From: Bilabrum cf. latius
Lineage: Eukaryota
Direction of reading: 5' to 3'
Assembly (NCBI GenBank): GCA_965178125.1
Contig: OZ237752.1
Location: 558,001-622,000 of the forward strand
DNA length: 64,000 nucleotides
Below, piece by piece: positions 48,768-59,750 of the stretch. A program made the position numbers and the translations under genes. Numbering within the stretch: the stretch's first letter is position 1; each line of letters begins with the position of its first letter. The notes under the pieces were generated by a model. It saw only the letters and a program-made list of their open reading frames with translations, did no database searches and was not told where the DNA came from.

Positions 48768-51206
48768 TCAAATCATTGGGGCGGGCAGCACCACGAGGTA
48801 CCCCACGGTGGGCGCCCCTGGCTTGGAGCTGTCCGGTGCCCCGGTCCCCTCGATCTCGTCGGCCTGCACCATGGGCCCGTCGCTCGCCGCGAGGAGCGCC
48901 ACCCGGCCACCCCGGGTGCTCACGTCGATCGCGAACTGGGAGCCTTTGCCCCCCGCGGGCGTGAAGTGGGTCCAGTGCAGCCTGTCTCGGAAGTTGGGGT
49001 GCAGTGCCATGAAGCTTGTCGCGTCCGACGAGCCCTCGAGCGGCTTCCCGTTGATGGTCTTGTTGGCCATGTCGGGCATGCAGCAGGCTGCGTCGTGCAG
49101 GATGTACGTCACACCACTGGCGTCCATGGCCGCCTGCTTCGGCCTCAGGGTGTTCCCTCCCGAGCTGCTGAGCCTCACGAGCTGAAGCTCGCCCTTGTCC
49201 ACCTGCAGGGTTTCGGGGTCCATGGCAGCCGCATAGGTGATGGCCTGGGCCTGCATGTTGTAGGCAGAGGTGTACGCGTCGAAGGAGAGCCTCGCAGTGG
49301 TCCTGAGCACGTCTCTCGACTGGCAGTAGAACATGTCGTCGCCGCCGTCTGACCGGCCCAGGAAGGCCAGACCCTTGCCGTCCTCGGACCGCCGCAGTGA
49401 CACGGCGCGCCCGTCCGCCACCCGCCCATCGCACGGCCCCTCCTCCCTGTAGACGTGCGCGTCATAGTCATAGGCCTTGATGACCTCGTCCCCACCCTAG
49501 TAGGAGAACCCCCGGATGGAGGCCATGACCATGGGCTCGTGGCCCGTGTCGGAGTCGTGAAAAGAGCTCACTAGCAGGCGCTTGTGCTGGGGCTGCAGCT
49601 GCACGTCCGTGAGACTAGACTGGCGCATAGAGCCACCGGCGGTGCGGTGTCCCGAACCCGCGGCGTACACGGTCCACAGATAGTCGTCGCCCAGCCCGCC
49701 CAGGCTCGCACCCACCACCCCGTCATCGTCGATGTCCACGCGGCAGTTGGGCGGGCTGTCGTGGCCCAGGCCCTCGGTGGTGGTGCAGCACACACCGCAC
49801 TCGCTGGGCCGCACGTCCTGCAGCGTATCCTGCCAAAGAACCTTCGGCGACGCTCGCAGCGAACCCTCGCTGCCCTCGCCCTCGCCCATCAGGGCCAGCA
49901 CCGCCACTCCAAAGGAGCCCGCGACAGCGCACTCGCCCTTGTTGTTGCACCTCAGGTGATCCACGCGCCCCCCCAGAGCGTACCGACCCACAACCGTAGG
50001 CGCACTTGATCCGATCATCCCAGAGCCTGATCCGATCCTAAGCCTCGCCGCTGCGCGGGCCTTGGCGTTGTGCGGAACGTCCAGCACGGCGATGGTTCCG
50101 TTGGAGCTGGCGTTGGACCCCGGCAGCAGGGGCGCCGCGTCCTTGTTCCCCAGCTTGAACTGACCGTTGGTTGCAACCACCACGTGTCCCGAAGGAAGGA
50201 TGTCCACAGCCACCCCGACGGCCCGGTTCCGGCCCTCCGACCCCGCGGCCCCGTCGCCCAGGAAGGTGGCCGTATCGACCTCGAGGTCCCAGCGGCGAGG
50301 CGCGGGGGGCCCGTCCCTGGTCCAGCTGGCCGGGGGCTTGCTGGGGTCCGGGCGCACGGAGGTGAGCACGAGGGGCCCGCAGTTGACCGTGTCGTTGACC
50401 ACGGCCTGGAACTCGGAGCCGTTAAACGTCCGCACGGTCATCTTGTTGGAGGTCGAGCTCAGAGTCCCCGTTCCGTTGGTGGAGGACAGCAGCCCCAGGC
50501 ACTCGCCTTTGTGGCTCGTGCATACCCAGGAGAACGTGGCGTCCCCAGAGAGAACAGACGGAAACGATGGCGACCGTGGCTTGTCCATGGTGATGTTCAC
50601 AAACGCCTGAGACGAGTGCTGCCACCGAAGCGGCGGCGGCTGGATCTGCGAGCCGCTCTGCTTGTACCACCCCGAGATGTTGCACTGGCTCGCCGTTGGA
50701 ATCGGTACAGGAGCTGGGGTCGGCTGCGGCTTCGGCGGTGGTGGCGGCTTCGGCGTCGGATCTTTGCACGTGTGCGGCTGCTTCTGCGTCTCGCACGTTC
50801 CGGCCGCACCAGGGCAGTCTGCGTCGCTGTCACACAGCATGCTTCCGTTTCTTGGATACGGAATCGATATTTCGCCCACTGGAAACGCAAACGAGGCATT
50901 CGCCGGAGATGCCAGAGGGTGGTACGAGAAGCTTTGCGTGGAGTGGTACGAGGCCAGGACCGCGCTGGCGTTTGCCGAGATATTCACCTTCAGGTCGGTG
51001 ACGTTGGCAGGAAGGAGCGAACTGCACGGCCAAGTTACGTTCTGTACAACTGGGTACAGTCGGACAGGATTCAGCCCGGTATTGTAAACGTAGACGAGCT
51101 GCGTGCCAGCCTGCTGTGGAGCCTGTGAGTTGCACTGGAATGCCTCGTGAGACATAGCATGCGCAAAAAGACCTAGAACTAGCGCAATCGATGCACGCAG
51201 TTTCAT
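48768..51206 (-). CDS. Secreted multidomain protein of unknown function (812 aa)
   Basis: Signal peptide MKLRASIALVLGLFAHAMS, Cys-rich module CDSDADCPGAAGTC, Pro-rich linker and beta-rich C-terminal region. A single TAG at 49497 joins the two ORFs. Ends TGA. Confidence 0.8.
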
Positions 51207-51651
51207 TCCACAAGGTCAATTCAGCTGTCAATGCTCGGTCGATCTGCATGGGTCCCGGGCCGGTTCCGCAACGCCCGGAGACGGCGGCGCCGAACGTCGC
51301 CGGTGGCGGGTCTAATCCGGTGAGTCACCGGCGGTGACGGCGGCTCCGACCTCGACCGATAGAGCGAAACGAGACTGATGGAGAGGCCGCCGTCCTCAAC
51401 CGAGAGGGCAAAGCGAGACTGAGACCGGCGTGACGGTTGTCTCAAGTCGATTGCGTAAGCACGCTGCATGGAGAGTTGACATGAGTGGTCGTGGAGTTGG
51501 TTGCCCACAGTCGGCTCAGGTATCTCGACCAGGGTGGGCCTGGAGGCAAGCGCAAGGTGGACCAGAACGAAAGTTGGCAATTCGGTATTGTGTTGTTGTT
51601 TTGGTTGCTCACTCTGATTGTTTTGGCGTGGTCCAGATCACCATCCAGGCA

Positions 51652-54600
51652 TCACGCCAGTCCTCCAAACGCGCCGTCGTACACCTGCCCTGCCCTCCAC
51701 CCCCGCAGCTCTCGCATCCCGCTCTCAACCGCACGCCTGGCTGCATTGCGGATCGCCCGCTCCCGCTCCTCCTCGGCCGCAGTGGGCAGCGGCTGCGCCA
51801 ACTGGCCCGCATTCTCATGGACTCCACCCTGTTCCACAGCAGAAGCGTGGACCAGGCTCGCTGTAGACGCCCTGACCCCCTTCGGGTGGCCGTACCACGC
51901 CTGGGCCAGCGCCTCCTGCGCCGCTCTCTTGTCAGGCACCGGCTCCCCGCTCCGCAGTGCGATGGACTCGAGGGGCGTGGACTTCCGCACTGCCGCCATT
52001 CTGACGTACCCTCGCATCTTGGCGATACTGCTGCGCCTCCTGACCGCGCTGTGCCGCTTGTGCACGGCGAGCGAGAGGATCTCGTCTCTGGCCGTGTCCC
52101 GCATCTTGGCGATCCGCTGGTCGGCCGAGGTAGGGGCCACCACGTGGAGCTCGCGGGCGTGTGACGACTGCTAACCTTGGGACTGCCACGGCCATCGGGA
52201 GCTCCGCGTGGATGCTCCTGCCAGCGTGCTGGACTCGGCATGTCGCCTGCTGCTGCTGCTGCTGTTGGAATGCCCGAAATCAAAGCGTCGCTGCTGCTGC
52301 TGCTGCTGCTGCGGTATTGGAGCACTTGCACCCCCAGCACCGGCATAACTTCCCATCCCGCTGGGAGGTGTGTCCCGTGGGCTGCCAGCAGCACTGTTGC
52401 TGCTACGATCCGTGATCGGGGCGTCGGGAATGCCGACAAAGTCTCCGAGCCCGCTCTGCTCACTTCGGCTCTCTGCCGACTGGGGGCTTGCCCTGCCATC
52501 ATTTGCTGTGCCAGGCTCGGCGATGGCACTTGTTACACGCATGGACTCCGCCCCCCGTGTCCTGGCAACTCGCACCATGCGAGCCACCCGCCGCTTCATG
52601 GCAGACAATGGGACTCTGCCGCTGGCCACAGTCGGCGGGCGCGGCGACAGCGAGCTTGCAGCTGGTGACACGCTGCCGCCGCGTCCGAAAGATCCACGGC
52701 TGGCCAGCCCCTGCCGCTGGCCGCTGCCAGACCGCCCAACTCTGACACCACCACGTACCGTCACACCGGCTTGTTCCCCGTCGCCGTTCCCGTCCTGATC
52801 CTGGAAGCCCTCTCCGACCAGCGGTCTGTGCTCCGAATATACAACGATTGGCGTGCGCAGCTAAATCCGAAACACGCCCACGTGCTTGGCCGCCCCACCG
52901 TCCAGCCTAGCCTCCGCGTCTTTCTTCTGCCTCTCCCTCCGCGCCAAAGCCGCGCGCTGCTCGATGGAGTCTCGCCTGCCACCTGCGGTCCTGCTCGACT
53001 TGGACCAGCTGCCCTTGGACCGCGTGTCCGCAGTGCCCTGCTGCCCGCCTACCGCGCTGCCGCCATCCCCACCCACGTCCTCTTCGTCCTCCTCCTCGCT
53101 GCCCGACTCGCCCTCCTCCAGCCCACGAGCAGCCCTCAGCGAGGAAGCCATGAGATCCACGGGGGCCCTTCGACGCTCGGCACGGCGACGCTCTTCCTGC
53201 TCTTTCCGCAGCTGCCTCGTGCGCGCATCCACCTACCGCCGGCGCTTCTCCACTTCAATAGGGTCCATGATCTTGTGGGCTGCTTGGATTGCCCTCACAT
53301 TGTCAGTGGGCACCGACAGCACCACCCCAGCAGCCTGAGTTTTCTTCTGCGATTGCCCATTTCGTTGCCTCTGCATCGCCACGCTTCTGGCGAGCAGCCT
53401 CGACTGCTCCATCTCTCTCTGTCGACGGGCTGCCACCGCCACAGCCGTCGCCACGTGCCTGGATCTTGCCTGCGAGTCAGCCACTGAGAAGAGCTTGCCT
53501 CCAGTTCCTGCGGCAAATCCCCACGTCGCTGGATGCTCCGCGACCCACTCCGCCGGAGCCTACGACCCGTCGCCCCCGACATTGCCACCCCTTGGTGATG
53601 CTGCTGCCCGGTGGATGCTCCTGCGGCGGGACTCTCGCCCGATGCCATGGGTGGTACCAGCGGTGGCTGGGACGGTGCCTGGCCTGGGCGGGCCGTGCGA
53701 CTCGCTGGCTGCCGCTAGGGCGGCCAATGCCTGGGATGGACTAACCTTGGTCGCGCGAGATGCCACCCCATCAAGCCCCGAATACACACCCCCAGTCCCG
53801 CTCACTTGCGTTTCGTCTCGCTGGCCATGCTCCTGGCTACCGTCCTCACCGTCTGGCAGTCCAGCCACCCTCTTGGCTGCCCGCATGCCCACCTCATCGA
53901 TCCTGTTCAGCTGGTCGGTGGACTGGTACATGGACAGGTGCTGCCGGATGGCCAATGCCTCAGCAGCAGCCCGCCTGCGCGCTGCCTCCGCTGCCTGCCA
54001 AGTGGCCGCATCCATCTTGGACACGTCGTCAGCTCCATCATTGTCCTCGCCTTGGTCCTTCTTTGGTGCACCTGACTCTCTGTGGCTGTGCCTGGGTGGT
54101 GACCTGCGGCCGAATCTGCCTCCACCGTCCGGGGAGGATCGGGAGGTGCTGCTCCGTTCCCGTCGCGCCCCGCTGCCTTTGCCGTGCCCGTGGGCCTTGC
54201 TTCTCCTCCTCATTGCGGAAGTGTTCAGTCCCATCAGCCCCGCTGCCTGCACCTCCCACCGCGCCCTGTCCATGAACGCCTCCTCCTCGTCGGCGATCAC
54301 GCGGGTTTGCTGCCACTCTGGAGCATCATCGCCCGGGCCGGACTACCCCGCGCGACCCACGGGCGCCTGCGATGGGGAGCTGGATCCGCCCTGGCTCGCC
54401 TCCGATCCAACCGCGACACTGTTCCCCACGGGTGCCTCTCTCAGGGGAGGTGCCGGTGCCACAAGCTCAGCATCTTCAGCGGCGCTGGCCGCTGCCCCTG
54501 GAGTTGTGCCCACCCAAGCGGTGGACTCCCCGCGCCCCGACTCGCTGTCCAGTAGCCTGCCCACGAGGGGCCCGGTAGATGGCTCCGCTATGGGCCCTGC

Positions 54601-56049
54601 TGCGTGTCCGTGGATCCTGGCGGGCTCAAACTGACCATCGAAAGCAGCCTACATGGGCTCATTGGAAGCCGTCAGATTGGCATTGGCATGCCTAGACTCC
54701 GTAGTAGGCACAGAGCAGCCCGTGTCCGATCTAGGCGTATTCAGACCCAGCATGCCTTGGCCAAGCACGGCTTGCTGACTGTCTCTTTCTCTACTCGGCA
54801 GCTGCCACTGACGGAGACTTCCAGACGATCGTGGACCACCGGCTTTAGCAGTTGCACGCGCGGGCGGTGCCTCGTCTTTCTGGCTGGTATTGCCGCGGTG
54901 ACTTCCCCGACTTGAAACGGCTGAACGGTCTTGCTCGACACGGCCAGGCCCCGGCATGATCGCCCCGGACCTCAAATCATCGCCACTTCGTGCATCTCTC
55001 CCGCCTGGCAGCTCGAGGCCAGCGGCAGCGGGCACTTCCGTACCGACACCCTGACCACCCCGCCCTATTGCCGATGGGCCTGTCTGCTGCTGCCGCCCCT
55101 GGCCTGCCCACAGCCCCAGCCTCACGATGTCCTTCGATGTCACCGCCTTCACGGGTGCACGGAACCGCCGCGCCCTCCTCCGTCCGGAACCCCCGCGAGC
55201 ACCCACACCCACACCCACACCCACACCAACACCCACACCAACACTCGCCCTCCCACCAGCTGCATGGGACCCGCCTGTCGGAGGCCTCGGGTTCCTCCCT
55301 GATGATGCTGCACCGGCGCTGCCGGCGGTCGAGGTGGTGCCCATGGTGGACCTCCTCGATCCCCTGGGTCCAGCCCTGCCGTCATTGCCCCTCCTGCTTG
55401 GCCCCGCCCTTCTACCCCGCATCGGCAAGCCGCCTTGGCTGCCCCGGCCGGAGGACGAAGCTTTGCTTTCCTCCGCGGGTGCATCGCCATCGGACGGTGT
55501 TGTGCCTTGCAATTCGACTCCGAGTTGCCGCTTGAGCGCCTCGATGCCCCCCGCCGGCGGGGGCGGGCTGAGGCCGAGCTTGGTGGCCCTGGCCTGCTCC
55601 CTCGCGACTCGGAGGGCGCGCGCCACAAGGGGATACCTCGCGGCTTTTTCGTCCCAGCGTTTCGATTCATCGGCGGCGGAAAGGACGATTTTGACGCTGT
55701 CCTGCAGGTCGCCGTAGGTCGCCCCGGCATCCCCGCCGATGTGCTGCACGAGCGGGAGGTCAGGCGAGGCGTTCACGACAAAGAACTTGAAGCGCTCTTC
55801 ACCTCCAGGGCCACGCCGCCCTCCATGGCGCGACAAGTTTCGCCCTCCAATCTTTGCGGCTCTCTGCTCGACGCCCCGATCCACCGTTGAGCGAGCACGG
55901 ATGGGCACGTGAACCGCCTTCGCTGCGCTTCGAAGCTTCTCTCGAGGGGACATGGAGGCATCCAGGCCTCGAAGGGATCGGTTCGCTGCTAAGTACAGCT
56001 CTTGCTTATCAGCAGTGGAGGAGCCTGCGTATTTACGACGGTGCTTCAT
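51652..56049 (-). CDS. Hypothetical low-complexity (G/A/R/S-rich) protein, ~1,465 aa
   Basis: Seven listed minus-strand ORFs share one frame joined by TAG (54649, 54343, 53560, 53233, 52861, 52171). ATG 56049, ends TGA 51654-51652. Confidence 0.7.
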
Positions 56050-56342
56050 GATTGGGCAGACCACCGGTGGATTGCTGCCCAAAACGGACGATCAGGAATT
56101 AGACCAGGCACTGCGCTCTTATTGAGACTTAGTCACGCGCCAAGCGGCAGACATGCTATACGATTAATATTTACTGCAGCACTTTGCAGCAGTTTTGAGG
56201 TCCGTTCGGCCATTTTTCGCTCCGGACCACATATTGGCGCCGCGCACGAGATTGAGTGCGTGTTCCGCACGAACTGCATTGTACGAAATTGTGCCAAGCA
56301 CAAGCTGTAGACACGGCTGCCGAAGGGTTTCATTCGCTGATC

Positions 56343-58664
56343 ATGATTGGTTCGCGTAAGCGGGGCAGAGAGGAAGCATTCGGTACGAAATCTAGTCATC
56401 CAAGTGAAGATGCTGGCGACGATGAGTTTGCGCACCTGTTCGACGAGGGTGACAGCCAAGATAAGGCAGGGATTGGACATGTTGCATCGACCGTGGGTGA
56501 TACATAGTTTTCAGATACGCAGGAAAGGACTGCTGGTGCCGATTCAGCGTCGTCTCGGGGTGGTATTTCCGAGGTGAGGGCAAGGAGATAGTCTAGAGCT
56601 AGCGATCAGGGCGCCATGTCGACGGATGATGCCACGAAACTGGTTTTGAACTTGATAGAGGCGCAACAAACCAACGAAAAGATGCGCGTGAAGCATGCCG
56701 GCGAGCCTCGCGAGTTTATGGAAAGCGAAGCGGAGCTCCAAGCTGCTGTTGGCACCGCCTCGGATCTGGCGGCGCAACCGGAGCACTTTGCCACCGCCGT
56801 TCGTGCCGGCCTTTGCGATGTTTTGCGATCGCTCTTGCGCCACGAGAACGAAGACATCGTTGCCGACACGCTCGAAATGCTCGAGGAGATGACCGAGACG
56901 GACGCGCTTGCGGAGCAGGTCGAGGGCGGCTCTGCACTCGTGGGCGGGCTGGAATCATCAGGGGCCTTGGCCGCAGTCGTGGAGGCTGGCATTTCTCTCG
57001 ATCTCGCCGCTCGCGCCCGGCCGCCTGCCCCCGCCCCCCGGAGCGATGCAGGCATCGCGGGCAAGGCCAGCAAGGTGAAGGTGCAGGAGCTCTCGGACCA
57101 GGCTGAGGCAAGGGTGGCGGCTTAGGAGGCTGCGGGGAGGGCGAGGGAGGGCCTAGGATCGGCGCTGTCTGTGCTTGGGCACGTGCTGGAGTTCAGGCCG
57201 GAGGCGGGTGACCTGCTCGCCACCAGCACGCCGCTCCTCGCGTGGCTGCTTGCTAGGCTCAGGGGTGCCACTGCCGGCCCTTCCGCGGCGGAGGATGACG
57301 AGTGCGACCACGACTCGGCAGAGCTGCTGGCAGTGCTGCTGGGATAGAGGGGCAGGGCGAGGCAGGTGCTGGGCACCAGGGCGGGAGCGTGGGGTCCCGC
57401 GGCGGCGGAACCGGGCGCCGCCGCGCAATCCGCGGAACGTGTCGTTGTGGCAGCTCCCGCGCTGCCGCACTCTGGCGTTGCCTCCGTCTTGCAGGCACCT
57501 ACAATGCCTAGTTCCGCAGGCGCTAGCGGCACCACGCAGCCGAAGGACGAGGCCGGCGGCATCGCCCTGGCAGGCAGCGACGGGGTGGAGGCCCTGTTGC
57601 TGGCAGCCAGCGGTGCCCTGCGGAGGGAGCCGGAGACCATGCCGCAGCAGGAGGCGATCGAGTGCGTCTTCGCGGCGGTGCGCGGCGCCCTTGCGGAACC
57701 GGCGTGCCGCGTGTTGTTCCGCAGGTACGAGGGCACGGAACTGCTGGTCCGCGTGGCCCAGCGGCAGGGCTATGCATCGCACTGCGCTGTTGCCGCGCTG
57801 GAGACCGCGCTGACCCAGGACTCTGAAGCCTGCATCGCGTGCGTGGAGGCGGGCGGGCTCAAGGTGCTTCCAGCGGTCGCGAGGGGCGCCGCGCGCGCTG
57901 TGACTCGGAGGCACACGGACGGGGAGACGGCGGACGAGGAGGAGAAGCAGGCGGCGGCGTGCCTGTCTTGGCTGCTGTAGCTGCTTCCCGGCGGCGCCAG
58001 GGACGCCCCGATGGCCAGACGGGCAGCCGCGCGGGCCGCAACTGCTGGGGCCATGGGTGCATCTGAGGGGGATGGGCCGGTTGCGTTCGGGCTGGAGCAG
58101 TCTCTGCGGCTGCGGGTGCTTGGCAAGATGCTGGAGGGGGACGGGCTGGTGCTCGCCAGGATGGTGGAGATGTACAGAGACTTGGGGGCGGCGGTGGCGC
58201 AGGCCGACAACAGGGTATTGTCTGGGCTGCAGGACGCCGGGGTGGGGGGTCCTGGGGGGTAGATTCTGGCTGTGGGCAGCGTGACAGTGGGTGCAGGTGC
58301 TGGTGCGGGAGCGGGTGCCGGAGCTGCATCGGGCTCGGTGGTGGTCTTGGAGGATCCCTCTCTTGAGGAGCATCGGTTTAGGCGTGATGCGGCGCTCAGG
58401 GATGCGGGTGTGACGTGGCTGATGCGGCTCGCGGAGGCGCTCGCTCGTTGTTCCCTGGGCGACAGGAGGTGCCGGAAGGTGGTGCTGGGCAGGATGCGGG
58501 AGCTTGGCGTGCCCTGCGGTGGGGTCAGCGCCTGCCTCGCGAGGGAGGCCGGAGAGGTGGCCAAACAGGAGGGTGGTGATAGTGGATCGTCGTAGGAGGT
58601 TAACGCGAAGAGGGCAGGAGAGCTTGTAGCGCTCGCGGAGGGATGGGCGGCAGTGTGCAGCTGA
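56343..58664 (+). CDS. CTNNBL1: Beta-catenin-like protein 1 (spliceosomal Prp19-complex associated), 773 aa
   Basis: NEKMRVKHAGEPREFMESEAEL and SLLRHENEDIVADTLEMLEEMTETD match the CTNNBL1 N-terminal domain; FRRYEGTELL further on. Seven TAG, ends TGA. Confidence 0.88.
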
Positions 58665-58795
58665 TGGTCTGACAGGTGTGGCTGCGATTGCATCGTTCTG
58701 GCAACACAAAAGCCACAAAGAAGGCGCAATCGAGAACAAGCAATTGCTACATTTTCGTTAAATGATAAATATTGGGTCGGAATCCCAGCAAATCG

Positions 58796-59595
58796 TCAGC
58801 TGCTGCCCTTTTCATCCCCGGCACCGCCAGCACTCCCTTCCTCTTCCTCGCCCGCAGCTGCTCCAGCCATGAGATCCACGTAGGCTTTCGCTCGTTCTAG
58901 CTCAGACAACAATTCATAAAACTGAGGCAGCGTGAGCTCGCAGAAGACAGGCTCTGCTTCGCCGGAGCCCTTGTCCAAGACCAGCTTGAGCTGCAAATAC
59001 GTAGCTCCCAGCCTCTTCACTTCGTCTGTGCTCACGGTGACACCAAAGTTCCAGCTTAGATCAATAAGGCTATTCACACTCAAACTCTAACTTCCCGCGG
59101 CGTGCGCAACATCGGAGGCTCTCGCGGCAAACACTTCGCCAACCTTTGCAGCGCCCGCGCTCGGCATGCCCAACGCTGCCAAGTCTTTTTGCACCGAATC
59201 CGCCGAGCAGCTGTGCTGGATGGCACCCTAAATAACGACAAGCAAAGAGCGTACAACATTCTTCATTGTGGACTCTTTGGCGCCTATCTTCCCAGACAAG
59301 TCCGAAGTTGCGGCAACGATATCTTGGCCCTGAGCACGACAGTCAAGGGAAGATTGGAACGCTTGAGGCGCTGTTATACATACATATGGTCTAAGTGAAT
59401 TGTTCTATGTTCTGAACTCACGCTGGGATCGTGCAAGAAGTCAAACACTAAATCAGCAATTTCTGCAGCCTGCTCAGTGGACAATTTCCCAAACAAATCA
59501 AGATCGTTTCCGAGTCGAGACTGCTCATCCGATGGGAGTGGATCACCACCTGTGAATGAGAAAGTTTCTGTCGCCAACCCTTCCGCTGCTGCCAT
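58796..59595 (-). CDS. COMMD7: COMM domain-containing protein 7; join(59422..59595,58796..59329), 235 aa
   Basis: S[TAG]SLSVNSLIDLSWNFGVTVSTDEVKRLGATYLQLKLVLDKG...ELTLPQFYELLSELE. Intron 59330-59421 (GTGAGT...GCTCAG). Ends TGA. Confidence 0.9.
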
Positions 59596-59750
59596 TTCTA
59601 GTGCAGCTGAAGATTTTTTCGTGCGTGATCCAGGTTTCTGGGACTCTTCTTCATAAATTGTCGATGAAACGCCAAAGTTTCCTTTCTCCTTATTCAGGCG
59701 AAATATGGAATGATCCAAATAATTTCTGCCGCAGAACTGGTAACGTATCA

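Noticed and set aside
55198-55245. Hexamer runs (CACACC, CATGCC near 3950, CCAGCC near 4375) as arrays or CRISPR-like repeats
   Set aside because: They are simple in-frame dipeptide repeats (VG, HG, AG) inside coding regions, with no spacers.
59374-59376. Apparent TAA stop of ORF 59374-59871
   Set aside because: It lies inside the COMMD7 intron (59330-59421), so it says nothing about TAA as a stop.
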